From contig JAMCUH010000050.1 of the NCBI GenBank assembly GCA_023379435.1, positions 372 through 64,371 of the forward strand: a stretch of DNA of 64,000 nt, written 5' to 3'. Each line of letters opens with the position of its first letter. Within the stretch, counting starts at the first letter, position 1. The DNA is from Thermoplasmatota archaeon. GTDB taxonomy: Archaea > Thermoplasmatota > Thermoplasmata > Thermoplasmatales > Thermoplasmataceae. A program made the position numbers and the translations under genes. Below the pieces are notes generated by a model that saw only the letters and a program-made list of their open reading frames with translations, made no database searches and was not told the DNA's origin. This document shows positions 40,501-49,245 of the stretch, in pieces.

Positions 40501-41262
40501 TCGGATCAGAGATCTTCCGCCCTTGATCTCATGGCGCAGATAATGTATGAAACTGGTGATTTCAACGGTCTCAAAAAACTCTATTCGGGAAACACAAAAA
40601 TGCTGAACCAGAAAAACCTTCAGTGGATCATACGGAGCCTCATCGAAACCTATGAGTTCGACCAGGCGGATCAGCTTATGGGGCAGTTTCATGGAAACAT
40701 CCTCCCGGACGATGTTTTCAAGGAACTTGTGGAGGAGATGAACACAAAGAAGGAGTTTCTCAGGCTACAGAGCTACGCTGCAAAAATATTTGACGTTGAG
40801 TACAAACTCGGGAAGGTTCTTACAGCAGATGAGATAGTTTATCAGGCTGATATCCCGCTGAATGTTGTTGAAGAGGTATACCATTTCATTGACAGCGAGT
40901 CTTATTATATCGAAGAGGATGAGCCTTCCTACGAAATAATCACGCGGGACCTTTTCAAGAGGATTGTCAGGAAAACAAACATAGATAATATCATATATGT
41001 AAAGATTAACATAATATATCACAATTTACCAAGGAAGGACGTGATTCTTGCGAAGAACATATACATATACATAAAAAAATGCCTCAGGAAGAGAAGATCA
41101 CCATTACTCAACGACAAGAGAATAAATTCACTGCTAAAGTCTGCCCTGAAAATGAATCTAAGGAGAGAGCCACTTGAGGTTGCATATAATCTCAACATTG
41201 GGATGGATGAAGCAATGGATGTCATCACACTGATTGAATACGTCAGAAACCTGGACGGATAG
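37579..41262 (+). CDS. Very large (1,227 aa) cytoplasmic all-helical TPR-repeat protein
   Basis: TPR-like 34-residue periodicity recurs throughout. Examples are YNQAYRASKIATGLYPDDRRIMLLYADSLNGVGRTDEAVEYVEQMLKKYPDF and YKEAVEYYRKAIEKG. I see no TM segment, no convincing NTPase motif and no catalytic motif. Confidence 0.75.
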   Translation: MEEDPRIKRFQRKMEVELSDLNATQTGKILPVDIERLSKIILDDSDLINYLMSEDNIITTLEEMTLNRKLTAADLEMFTKGIASVAGKSLFFDYLRALRSFSDRDYEGCIDIITGRSDFLNYPQCRNLLKLSCHEAGSYTKAAFYLASSGVYDELIFEGFKKEHPDDKTLDDFYDTISKQKNTNDICSLYRILSDLRRSDRILMELCRCYLEVGDNEKSKQIIPKINFEDFSERNSFKDFITIALKSEQYNQAYRASKIATGLYPDDRRIMLLYADSLNGVGRTDEAVEYVEQMLKKYPDFTDAIKYLIDLFYSKGDYANFLRYSATIKDSLVQDVQWRIKIINAEINQSDFDNAKRDIISAENAYPSNPEILSLKLDFQMLINDANGAFTTAREIFRMDRNDRRARDFLFYELFSKQDYEELLRDIEEFGRDDDYLHLKIASLIYMGRINDAITAGRRDKSIFQDDVVLDSIFFTVRDDSSIKSIVEVSGDDSGLLSVVIKSIRGSRIVWREELWNSVISSNSVAIAWIASKSTVNFRDGVRPDVLTSFVSKQAFNVVNNLVDAIFLIYSGKFSEDMKDSRKFMYPITEALLETGNTELAEKKLQEAYDPRNPDPFFYYMDAYVLFREGNYSQSLKMLSRALENLSNSSFLILKIRNFLKLDDLDSALETVDNVDALDAIGSLCYSDLYNYIEEKKEPAIRNRIIEKMKSLGVKNIWIERMERDKYSEEKNYDDAVRVSRIIVMSKSKTAGDVLTHAEILKASSKDNERLQFLESVEKETSDFKIDIWIADSKYLRKEYKEAVEYYRKAIEKGCQIQEIINYPDALIAGGFYYEAEAVIRSLPDPVLYLVKLYHSTSRIDDLVILLSSLEYEKRSEIEAFQYASEALWVNRKVRDTLVNIFYHTENPTLGKIISQRLLESRDLISAEKIMRALMKAYPKDIDNMRSLASLLYETNHPIEALNLLGKAVKAASDSDQRSSALDLMAQIMYETGDFNGLKKLYSGNTKMLNQKNLQWIIRSLIETYEFDQADQLMGQFHGNILPDDVFKELVEEMNTKKEFLRLQSYAAKIFDVEYKLGKVLTADEIVYQADIPLNVVEEVYHFIDSESYYIEEDEPSYEIITRDLFKRIVRKTNIDNIIYVKINIIYHNLPRKDVILAKNIYIYIKKCLRKRRSPLLNDKRINSLLKSALKMNLRREPLEVAYNLNIGMDEAMDVITLIEYVRNLDG

Positions 41263-41850
41263 ATGTATTATCAGAGAGGAATTTCACAGCAGGAATTCCG
41301 TGACCTTGGAATCTCCATTCTTGTGTATACCATTGCATTCACCATATGGTCATACAGAGTGGACGAACTTCCTGGAGTACCCACCTACCTTGTTGTTGTT
41401 TCCTCCTTCCTTGTTGCAATATTTGCTTTCCTTCTTCATGAGTTTGCACACAGGTATTTTGCCAGGAGTTATGGTGGGCTTGCTGAATTCAGGATGTGGC
41501 CCATTGGAGCCTTTCTAGCCCTGGTCACTGCAGCTATTGGCTTTCTCTTTGCAGCTGTGGGCGCTGTTTACATACAGGGCATCTACGATAAGGATAAGGT
41601 AGGAAAGCTTTCCCTTGCGGGACCGGCAACAAATATTGTAATTGGCCTTATATTCTACGGACTTAGTCTTGTTTATGACGCAGGATCGGCTTTCCTAATT
41701 CTGAGGTTCGTTGCAACAATTAATTTTTACATAGGATTTTTCAATCTTCTTCCAATACCTCCACTGGATGGCTATAAGGTATTTATCTGGAGCAAGGAAT
41801 ACTATATCATTGCAATTGCATTATCACTGCTTTTCCTGATAATACTTTAA
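41263..41850 (+). CDS. Site-2 protease family (peptidase M50) intramembrane metalloprotease, minimal form
   Basis: The HExxH motif lies in a TM helix (FLLHEFAHRYFA). The second signature is FFNLLPIPPLDGYKVF (NxxPxxxLDG). The 195-aa polytopic protein has no PDZ or CBS domains. Its ATG follows the TPR gene stop with zero spacer (TAGATG). Confidence 0.85.
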   Translation: MYYQRGISQQEFRDLGISILVYTIAFTIWSYRVDELPGVPTYLVVVSSFLVAIFAFLLHEFAHRYFARSYGGLAEFRMWPIGAFLALVTAAIGFLFAAVGAVYIQGIYDKDKVGKLSLAGPATNIVIGLIFYGLSLVYDAGSAFLILRFVATINFYIGFFNLLPIPPLDGYKVFIWSKEYYIIAIALSLLFLIIL

Positions 41851-42105
41851 TGTCCGTGTGATCTATATTCACAGCATGAGTTGGAGAAAATCCATCCAGA
41901 TTTCACGCGCGTATGAACAACGGTGATTTGCCATATTTATCTTATTTTTAAAATTCAGGCGCTGTAGGGGAGATCACCCACCACGTTTGCAATGCGAGAT
42001 TTTTTTCCTCCTTGTACGAAGAATAATGTTCCGTGACAGGATAATAATAATTGCCGGATCAGCTTTTTATACGGCAATTCCATTATGCTGGACTGGGACT
42101 GAAAG

Positions 42106-45100
42106 ATGTATGAGTTAGAAGAAAGCAGATACGACAGGATCATGGATTTCTTCAGGAGAAGTCCAGAGATACCAATCATTGCTATCCTAGTATCGTTATA
42201 CATCTTGCTGGGCAATCTGTATGCTTATCCTGTCACACTGGTTGGAGCCTTCAAGGGCGCATTTTTCCCCACGTCTGGAGGAAGCGACCCTTACTACAAC
42301 TGGAGGGCAATTGAGTACACCATAATAAACCACCACTGGCTTTACTATGATAATGCCATAAATTATCCTCTGGGAACGGGAAATCCTAGAACACCGTACT
42401 TTCACTTCCTGATAATAATGGTTGCATACATTACATCCCCATTTGTGCATGTTCTTACGGGAGCAGAAATAGGGCTCCTGGAAATAGATGCAGTGTTTGG
42501 AGGGCTGCTCATAATTCCCGTCTATCTCATGGGAAAGGAATTATTCGGAAAGAGAGCCGGCCTTATCGGTGCTGTAATATACACCCTCATACCAAGCAAC
42601 CTTACATCCGGCATACTTTCAGACGGAAGGATGCATACCCCTGAGCTGATATTCGCATTCTTCACCATATACTTTTTCCAGATGGCACTTAACAAGGTTA
42701 ATAAGACCAGGATAATAGAAAACCTCACGGATTTAAGATCGTATGTTTCTTCTATAAAACGATTCATTGGATCAAACATGCTGAGCGTCATTTACATACT
42801 TCTTGCGGGCACCTCAATGGCGGCCCTTATGCTTGCATGGCAGGGTTATGCCTACATAGAAGCCATAATTGTAATTTACATTTTCATCCAGTACATTTTC
42901 AATATTCTGACAAGAAAACCATCGGGCTATCTTTTCCTGTTCAGCATACTCTTCATGTTAATAGCATTCGGAATAGGTTCCTACTATTATGTGGGAATAG
43001 GGGATGCAAGATCATGGCTCTATAATGAGATTTACCTCGGAATAGTCACCGTCGCTTTTGGTTTTCTTGTAACTGCTGTATCAAGGAGACCATGGCTTGT
43101 GTCAATATCCATAATAGCCATTATTTCGGTGCTGGGTTTCGCTGCAATTGATATCCTGAAGCATGGTCTCATTACATACCTGATATCCGGTGCCGGATAC
43201 TTTGTTAAGACAAGAGTATACAGTACCATAGCAGAAGCAGCGGCTCCCCCACTTGGGCAGTACATAGGTGGATTTGGGGCAGCTGAATTCATCATAGGTA
43301 TAAGCGGCCTTGCTTACATCCTGTATTATTTCGCCAAGAACAGAAAAGATTCCATATTTTTCATGTTCATCTTCTCCATCATTTCAATTTACATGAGCTT
43401 TGCTGCTGCCAGATTCAACATTACAGCAGCACCTGTATATGCCATCCTAGGGGCGGGTCTTCTTGTATACCTCGCAGACGTTGTAAGGTTATATGAAATC
43501 AAGAATAGGAGAGCAACAGAGCAGATGGGTATTAAAAAGTCCATCAAGGGTAATATCAAACCTATCCACGTGTTCTTCGTTGTTCTGATTGTGCTTGCAC
43601 TTCTAATTCCTTCGGGCTTCACCATGGTTGATGCAGCAGTACCCGCTAATAATGCGGCTTCACTGAATAACCAGATTTATAACTCACTTCCTTCGTTTCT
43701 CCGGCCTTCAAACTATTCTTCATCCAGTGACAATTTTGTCGGATCGTACGGTGTTGGAATAATCAATTCCAGTTATCCCCTGAGCCAGGCCTTTGAATGG
43801 CTTGCAACGCAGAATACAAACGTTCCGCTCTGCCAGAGACCCGCTTTCGTTTCATGGTGGGATTATGGCTTCGAGGAAGTTATACAGGGAAAACACCCTT
43901 CGGTTGCTGATGACTTCCAGCAGGGTTATCAGGTTGCTGGACAGGTTCTTCTTTCCCAGAATGAGAGCCAGATAATAGGCCTATTCCTTGCCAGAGAAGT
44001 CCAGGGTTCCTATGAAAAGAACAATTCCAGGATCACGCCGGCACTCTTCAACACATTGGCCACATATCTTGGCTCAAAAGAAGCAAAGAATATAGAATCA
44101 TATATACAGGATCCATCAAAATATTCTTACATTGTTCTAAGTGACCCAAGTGTGTATGGTAATTATTCATCGGTGATAGGACCGCAAAACACATATTTCG
44201 CTCTTGTTGCCGGGCAACTGGCAGAAGATTATCCCCTATCCACCATTGTAAATGCCTATCAGGCCGTATCCTCTCTGACAGGATCATTCATCCAGTACAT
44301 TGGCGTAACAGCTGCAGGAAGCAGCTCCCTTTTCCCTTATTCAGGAAATGATACTGGCATCTTCTACGCTCCTTCCTATCTATCAGATCACTCTACATAT
44401 ACATATGAGGGCGAAGTTGTTCCATACGAATTCTACAACATCATTGCGGAAACCTCCAACGCCACATATCCTTTGAAGGATCTTCCCACCGGCGCTTCTG
44501 TCACAGGTTACCAGATCCAGTATACTCCGGAATTCTACAACACAACGATTTACAGAGCGGTCATTGGGTATCCACCAAGTGCTGTTGGCCAGACGGGTGG
44601 CATACCAGGCATCGATTACGACCAGAGCAACCTTTCCGCCATGCCTGCATGGAACATGAGCAACTTCATCGTTGAATATTATCCAGTTCTTTATAATCCC
44701 TATAAGGATTACAAGGCTCATATCAGCGATTTTCGTATAATTTCCCTTCAGCAGGGCTATAAATATGCAACTGAGAAGAACGGAACTGTGTTCATGTTCT
44801 CCCCGATGAGCGAGTTGGTAACAGATTCAAATCCCATACTAGCTTACTATCCCGGCGCCACGGTAACCGGAAGAGTTACAACATCAACCGGTGCTCCCGT
44901 TTCAGGCGTGCTCGTTACCATATACGATCAGTATGGCATACCGCATGAATATGTGAGAACCAACCGCCAGGGCTATTACAACCTCACAGCTCTCCCTGGA
45001 AATGATACCGTATTAATATCCGAAGGCAAAATGTCACCATTATATCTTGCAGGAAGTAACGTGCTTGACTCATTCAAGGTAAATGTCACGCAGAATGAGG

Positions 45101-48100
45101 CAAACCGCATACCAACGTCTTACAATGCAACAACTGACCTTCCTGATTATTACTTTGTAAGGAATTATGTCTTGAAGAATACCACACTTTCAGGTTCTGT
45201 TGAAATTAAGAGACAGACGTCTCTGAATGAAACAGCAACCACTGGCTTCAACCTTTCGTACATAACAAAGGGATACGTTCAGTTCACAAATTCCACTTAT
45301 GGTTACGTGAAAAATGTAACAATTTCCGATGGGAACTACACCATTAGCGGCCTCCCTCCCTATAACTACTCAATTTCAGTTATAAGCAACGGCGTCACCT
45401 ATGAAAATGTTTCATCCTATGATGTGGGAACGTCCAACGCAACATATAATGTGGATGTTAATATGGACACCATATTTGCTCTAACATATTCTTCTGTTTA
45501 TCCCCTAACTCACTATAGGGTGGTGGCAACATCATCTTCCAATACGTATACATCGTATTCCAATTCCACTGGTACTGCCACCATATGGGTGGTTCCCGGT
45601 AACTATACTGTTCGTGGAGACTCCAATGGCTCAATAAGTACTTTCACAAATGTTTCGTTCCCCTCCTGGGGCTTAAATTACACGGTGAGCCCAACTCCTG
45701 TGTTATCTGCAAACGTATCAGGCCTCGTCAAAGGTACCGGTTCTACTGTTAATATATCATTCTTCCACGACGGGCAGATAAGGAAGGATTCACTCACTGC
45801 ACGTTCTGTTAACGGGAGCTATGATGCGATAATTCCTGTTGGAACATACACTATTTATGCATACGGTGGAGGAAAAGCATACCTGAAAACAGTTGTCGTG
45901 AACAGCGACATGAATCTAACGATCTACATGAACAATTCATACGACCTGAATTTGACCTCATCCATTAAAGGGATAGCGAACTACACCGCAACCTACGAGG
46001 TTCTATCGCCAGGGGGATATCTCTCATATTACGGCCTTAATTCATCCTTGGCAAATTACCATAATTTTGCTCTTCCTGAGGGACAATATGAGTTTGCAGT
46101 TTGGGCAGTGAGCGACGGGAACGATTATTCTGGGACTTCATCCGCATACGTATCCTCATCAAGGTCATTGAATGTACCAATGACCTTTGAGAGTAATCTT
46201 ACTGCCTGTTTGTTTGACTCCTCGAAGGGTTCCAGCTACGGTGGTTCCACATATATCTCACATGGAATAGCGATCCTTTATTATGCCGGTTACCCCATAT
46301 ACTTCACAAATGTTTCAGGGAGTGGCCTTGCATATCTCCACTACAAAGTAACATATCCATCGATGCTCTCACTTGAACTTGAGCATTCCGGTTTCGCTTC
46401 AGGTCTTGTCAATGTGAATTCATCCACAGTTCAGGTTGGCTTGAATCCATTAACGGTTAACTTCACGGTTCTTCTGGGAAACGGAGTGAAAGGGACATTC
46501 CTTCTGGACGGAGCAACGCCCTATGTTATAACGGTCTCAAATGGAATTGGAACCGCATCTGTACTCCCAGGGGTGTATGGTATTAGTGCCGCCTCCCCAT
46601 ATGAAGAGCTCAATCTCACGGCATCGGTACTAACAGTACCAGTTTCGCAGAATTTCTCTTATGTTTCCACATACACAACACATTACAATGTTACATCCAG
46701 TTCTGTGTTCGAACTATTCAACAGTGAGGGAAAGTTGGTTGATCCCAGATATATTTCAGCGGGAACTTACACATTCTACTCCTTCAGAAATGGTCTGGTA
46801 AATATTTCAAGCATTTCGGTGAACGCCAATGTTAACGTAACGCCGACATTTTACAGTGGATTCTCTGTGACTCTTACAAACAGCCTTGGAAATCCCGGCG
46901 GTTATTATCTTGTCACCAGTGGGGATCTCACTGTGAACACCACCGGAACCCTCATACTTCCAGAAGGAACTTACACCATATCATATTTCGGAAGGTCCGA
47001 AACTGGTGGAGTGGACAGAAGCATCCATGGAACAACGTCCCTCTATGTGAGTACTGGCATTGCAGTGAGCGTTCCAGTTACATCCAGAGATGTTTATTCA
47101 CAAATAGATGGTTACATACATGGGTCTTCAGTTGCAAATATATTTGTATACAATCAGAAAGGTGTTGTGGTCAATTCCACAGTATCTGGCAGGAATGGTT
47201 ATTACAGCCTGGGTCTCTTCGGCGGAAACTATACGCTCTATTACATCAATTCCAACAGTTCAAAGGTATATCTCAGGTCATACATATTCTCTCCATTTTC
47301 GTCATACAGTGATGTCAATGCTACTCTCTCTACCTCAAACAAGGTATATCTTTACACCTCAGTAAATGGAATTCCAATATTCCTGAACGTTACCATTATA
47401 GCAAGCCATATCGATCTTAGCTACAACTCATCCAACGGTTATGTCATGCTGCCTTCAGCAGTATATGCTTTCTCTGCTTCACAGAACGAGACATTTGTAA
47501 ATTACACCGGATCAACGCTGTATGTATCATATGCTGCAGGAGAAACGGCCTATGTTTCCGGTACAACATACATAAACCTGAACCTGGAAAGACACAACAT
47601 TTACGACTTCAACCTCACACAGATTAACAAAACGGCATCTGCATATCCACTGACCAATGTAACATATGAATTTACACTGAGAAACACAGGTAATACAAAT
47701 GTTACAGTAAAGCTTTATACCGGCAATTTAACCTGGAACATGACCTTCCAGCAGAAAAAGCTCACGCTTCTATCAGGCCAGATGATGTATGATAATGTTA
47801 CGGTAACGGTGCCACTTTCAGCTCCAGCCGGGCTCAACACTGTACCCGTAAGGGTAAACTACAGCGGCGGAAATTTCACAGGCGATGTTAAAATAAGCGT
47901 ATTGAAGAAATTCGGCTATGTGATAAAACCTGTTTCCAGCTATCTGGTTGGCTATTCCATCACAAATTCAACTAACCTTTCACTCATGCACCTCACCGAG
48001 GTGGCCATACCCAACGGAACTGCCTTCATGATGCCACTAAATTTCACAAACACAGGAAATGCGCCGGAGAATATTACCCTTGAACTGAACACAACTGTCA

Positions 48101-48474
48101 TTTCCAGTTATGGCTGGAATGTCTCCCTTGTGCATGGAGGAAAGGCAGTTAGTAGTCTTTACCTGGGATTTAATTCCACAGAAACAGTTTATGCTGTCAT
48201 TACCCCCAACGGATCCGACACATCACATCTGAAGGGAGGATACTTTGATGTTAGCACGGTTGGACCATCCGGAACAAAGAACTACGAGGTTATAATGACG
48301 CCTTTCTATACACCTTCACTTCACGTGACACCATATCCAACGGGCAATCAGATAATCAGCAATTATACAGGTAACCCGACAACAACACTCATAACAGGAC
48401 TTATCATAATAGTGGTTGCTGTTTTGGCTGGTTTGATACTTGCGGCAAGCAGATCAAGGAGAAACAACAGATGA
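42106..48474 (+). CDS. aglB: Oligosaccharyltransferase AglB (STT3 family) fused to a ~1,200-aa repeat-rich, C-terminally membrane-anchored ectodomain
   Basis: The N-terminal ~900 aa form a polytopic STT3-like region. It has the loop motif GGSDPYYNWR, the TIXE-type motif STIAEAAAPP, WWDYG at nt 43855-43869 (FVSWWDYGFEE) and ADDFQQG. From about nt 44848 come carboxypeptidase-regulatory-like and CARDB/NEW3-like beta-sandwich modules. These carry about 63 N-x-S/T sequons by hand count. The C-terminus has a TM helix plus a basic tail (LITGLIIIVVAVLAGLILAASRSRRNNR). Confidence 0.85.
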   Translation: MYELEESRYDRIMDFFRRSPEIPIIAILVSLYILLGNLYAYPVTLVGAFKGAFFPTSGGSDPYYNWRAIEYTIINHHWLYYDNAINYPLGTGNPRTPYFHFLIIMVAYITSPFVHVLTGAEIGLLEIDAVFGGLLIIPVYLMGKELFGKRAGLIGAVIYTLIPSNLTSGILSDGRMHTPELIFAFFTIYFFQMALNKVNKTRIIENLTDLRSYVSSIKRFIGSNMLSVIYILLAGTSMAALMLAWQGYAYIEAIIVIYIFIQYIFNILTRKPSGYLFLFSILFMLIAFGIGSYYYVGIGDARSWLYNEIYLGIVTVAFGFLVTAVSRRPWLVSISIIAIISVLGFAAIDILKHGLITYLISGAGYFVKTRVYSTIAEAAAPPLGQYIGGFGAAEFIIGISGLAYILYYFAKNRKDSIFFMFIFSIISIYMSFAAARFNITAAPVYAILGAGLLVYLADVVRLYEIKNRRATEQMGIKKSIKGNIKPIHVFFVVLIVLALLIPSGFTMVDAAVPANNAASLNNQIYNSLPSFLRPSNYSSSSDNFVGSYGVGIINSSYPLSQAFEWLATQNTNVPLCQRPAFVSWWDYGFEEVIQGKHPSVADDFQQGYQVAGQVLLSQNESQIIGLFLAREVQGSYEKNNSRITPALFNTLATYLGSKEAKNIESYIQDPSKYSYIVLSDPSVYGNYSSVIGPQNTYFALVAGQLAEDYPLSTIVNAYQAVSSLTGSFIQYIGVTAAGSSSLFPYSGNDTGIFYAPSYLSDHSTYTYEGEVVPYEFYNIIAETSNATYPLKDLPTGASVTGYQIQYTPEFYNTTIYRAVIGYPPSAVGQTGGIPGIDYDQSNLSAMPAWNMSNFIVEYYPVLYNPYKDYKAHISDFRIISLQQGYKYATEKNGTVFMFSPMSELVTDSNPILAYYPGATVTGRVTTSTGAPVSGVLVTIYDQYGIPHEYVRTNRQGYYNLTALPGNDTVLISEGKMSPLYLAGSNVLDSFKVNVTQNEANRIPTSYNATTDLPDYYFVRNYVLKNTTLSGSVEIKRQTSLNETATTGFNLSYITKGYVQFTNSTYGYVKNVTISDGNYTISGLPPYNYSISVISNGVTYENVSSYDVGTSNATYNVDVNMDTIFALTYSSVYPLTHYRVVATSSSNTYTSYSNSTGTATIWVVPGNYTVRGDSNGSISTFTNVSFPSWGLNYTVSPTPVLSANVSGLVKGTGSTVNISFFHDGQIRKDSLTARSVNGSYDAIIPVGTYTIYAYGGGKAYLKTVVVNSDMNLTIYMNNSYDLNLTSSIKGIANYTATYEVLSPGGYLSYYGLNSSLANYHNFALPEGQYEFAVWAVSDGNDYSGTSSAYVSSSRSLNVPMTFESNLTACLFDSSKGSSYGGSTYISHGIAILYYAGYPIYFTNVSGSGLAYLHYKVTYPSMLSLELEHSGFASGLVNVNSSTVQVGLNPLTVNFTVLLGNGVKGTFLLDGATPYVITVSNGIGTASVLPGVYGISAASPYEELNLTASVLTVPVSQNFSYVSTYTTHYNVTSSSVFELFNSEGKLVDPRYISAGTYTFYSFRNGLVNISSISVNANVNVTPTFYSGFSVTLTNSLGNPGGYYLVTSGDLTVNTTGTLILPEGTYTISYFGRSETGGVDRSIHGTTSLYVSTGIAVSVPVTSRDVYSQIDGYIHGSSVANIFVYNQKGVVVNSTVSGRNGYYSLGLFGGNYTLYYINSNSSKVYLRSYIFSPFSSYSDVNATLSTSNKVYLYTSVNGIPIFLNVTIIASHIDLSYNSSNGYVMLPSAVYAFSASQNETFVNYTGSTLYVSYAAGETAYVSGTTYINLNLERHNIYDFNLTQINKTASAYPLTNVTYEFTLRNTGNTNVTVKLYTGNLTWNMTFQQKKLTLLSGQMMYDNVTVTVPLSAPAGLNTVPVRVNYSGGNFTGDVKISVLKKFGYVIKPVSSYLVGYSITNSTNLSLMHLTEVAIPNGTAFMMPLNFTNTGNAPENITLELNTTVISSYGWNVSLVHGGKAVSSLYLGFNSTETVYAVITPNGSDTSHLKGGYFDVSTVGPSGTKNYEVIMTPFYTPSLHVTPYPTGNQIISNYTGNPTTTLITGLIIIVVAVLAGLILAASRSRRNNR

Positions 48475-49244
48475 AAGCTTTTGTAATCTCTATTCTCATA
48501 GTACTGTTTTCGATGTCACTTGTTCCAGCGATATCAGTGGCAACTGCGCCGTCTCCAGCTGTATTCAGTGCTTCCGCTGTCTATCCTTCAGATGTGTATA
48601 CCGGTGAAAGCTTTCAGATTTATATCAATGCCACCTACGGTTTCACAAACTATTCGGTTGGATTGATATTTTCTGCGGATAACCTCTCAGGCATTTCGCC
48701 CGGTGCATTTGATCACCTTAATAATGCAAGCAATCCATATTTTGTGATCGATGTAACTGCGCCGTCTTCACAGGAATCGCTAACTATATACGTATCGGTG
48801 TTTGCACAGGGCTATTATGGAAACGTCTCTCATTACATGACACTTCACATTAATGTTTACCGGCCCATGATACTGACAGCAATGGTCACAAACCCGACTG
48901 CATCCGCCATGTATAATGTAACTGTAACATTCTACCTGGATTCTTTTGAAATTGATAGCTCTGTGATCAAGTCAATTGCCCCCCATCAAACAAAGATCGT
49001 CAACGAGACCATTGTCAGACCAATCTTCATGAAGAAGGGATACAACACACTCACAGTAAAGGTGAGCAATTCCGCAGCCCTCATCAACAATGCAGCATCC
49101 TACAGCACGAAATTCTATTATGGGAAGCCACCCAACTACACATGGATCTACTATGTTGCTGCAGCCGTACTCATTTTCATGGTGGTAATGGTGATCGCAG
49201 CAGGAAGAAGAAGCTCAAAGCTTGGACCCAAATGGAAGAAATAG
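48471..49244 (+). CDS. Type-I membrane glycoprotein with CARDB-like domain
   Basis: The signal peptide is MKAFVISILIVLFSMSLVPAISVATA. The CARDB-like module is NVTVTFYLDSFEIDSSVIKSIAPHQTKIVNETI...GYNTLTVKVSN. The C-terminal TM plus basic tail is WIYYVAAAVLIFMVVMVIAAGRRSSK. It has 8 sequons in 257 aa and an ATGA overlap with the aglB stop. Confidence 0.65.
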   Translation: MKAFVISILIVLFSMSLVPAISVATAPSPAVFSASAVYPSDVYTGESFQIYINATYGFTNYSVGLIFSADNLSGISPGAFDHLNNASNPYFVIDVTAPSSQESLTIYVSVFAQGYYGNVSHYMTLHINVYRPMILTAMVTNPTASAMYNVTVTFYLDSFEIDSSVIKSIAPHQTKIVNETIVRPIFMKKGYNTLTVKVSNSAALINNAASYSTKFYYGKPPNYTWIYYVAAAVLIFMVVMVIAAGRRSSKLGPKWKK

Positions 49245-49245
49245 A

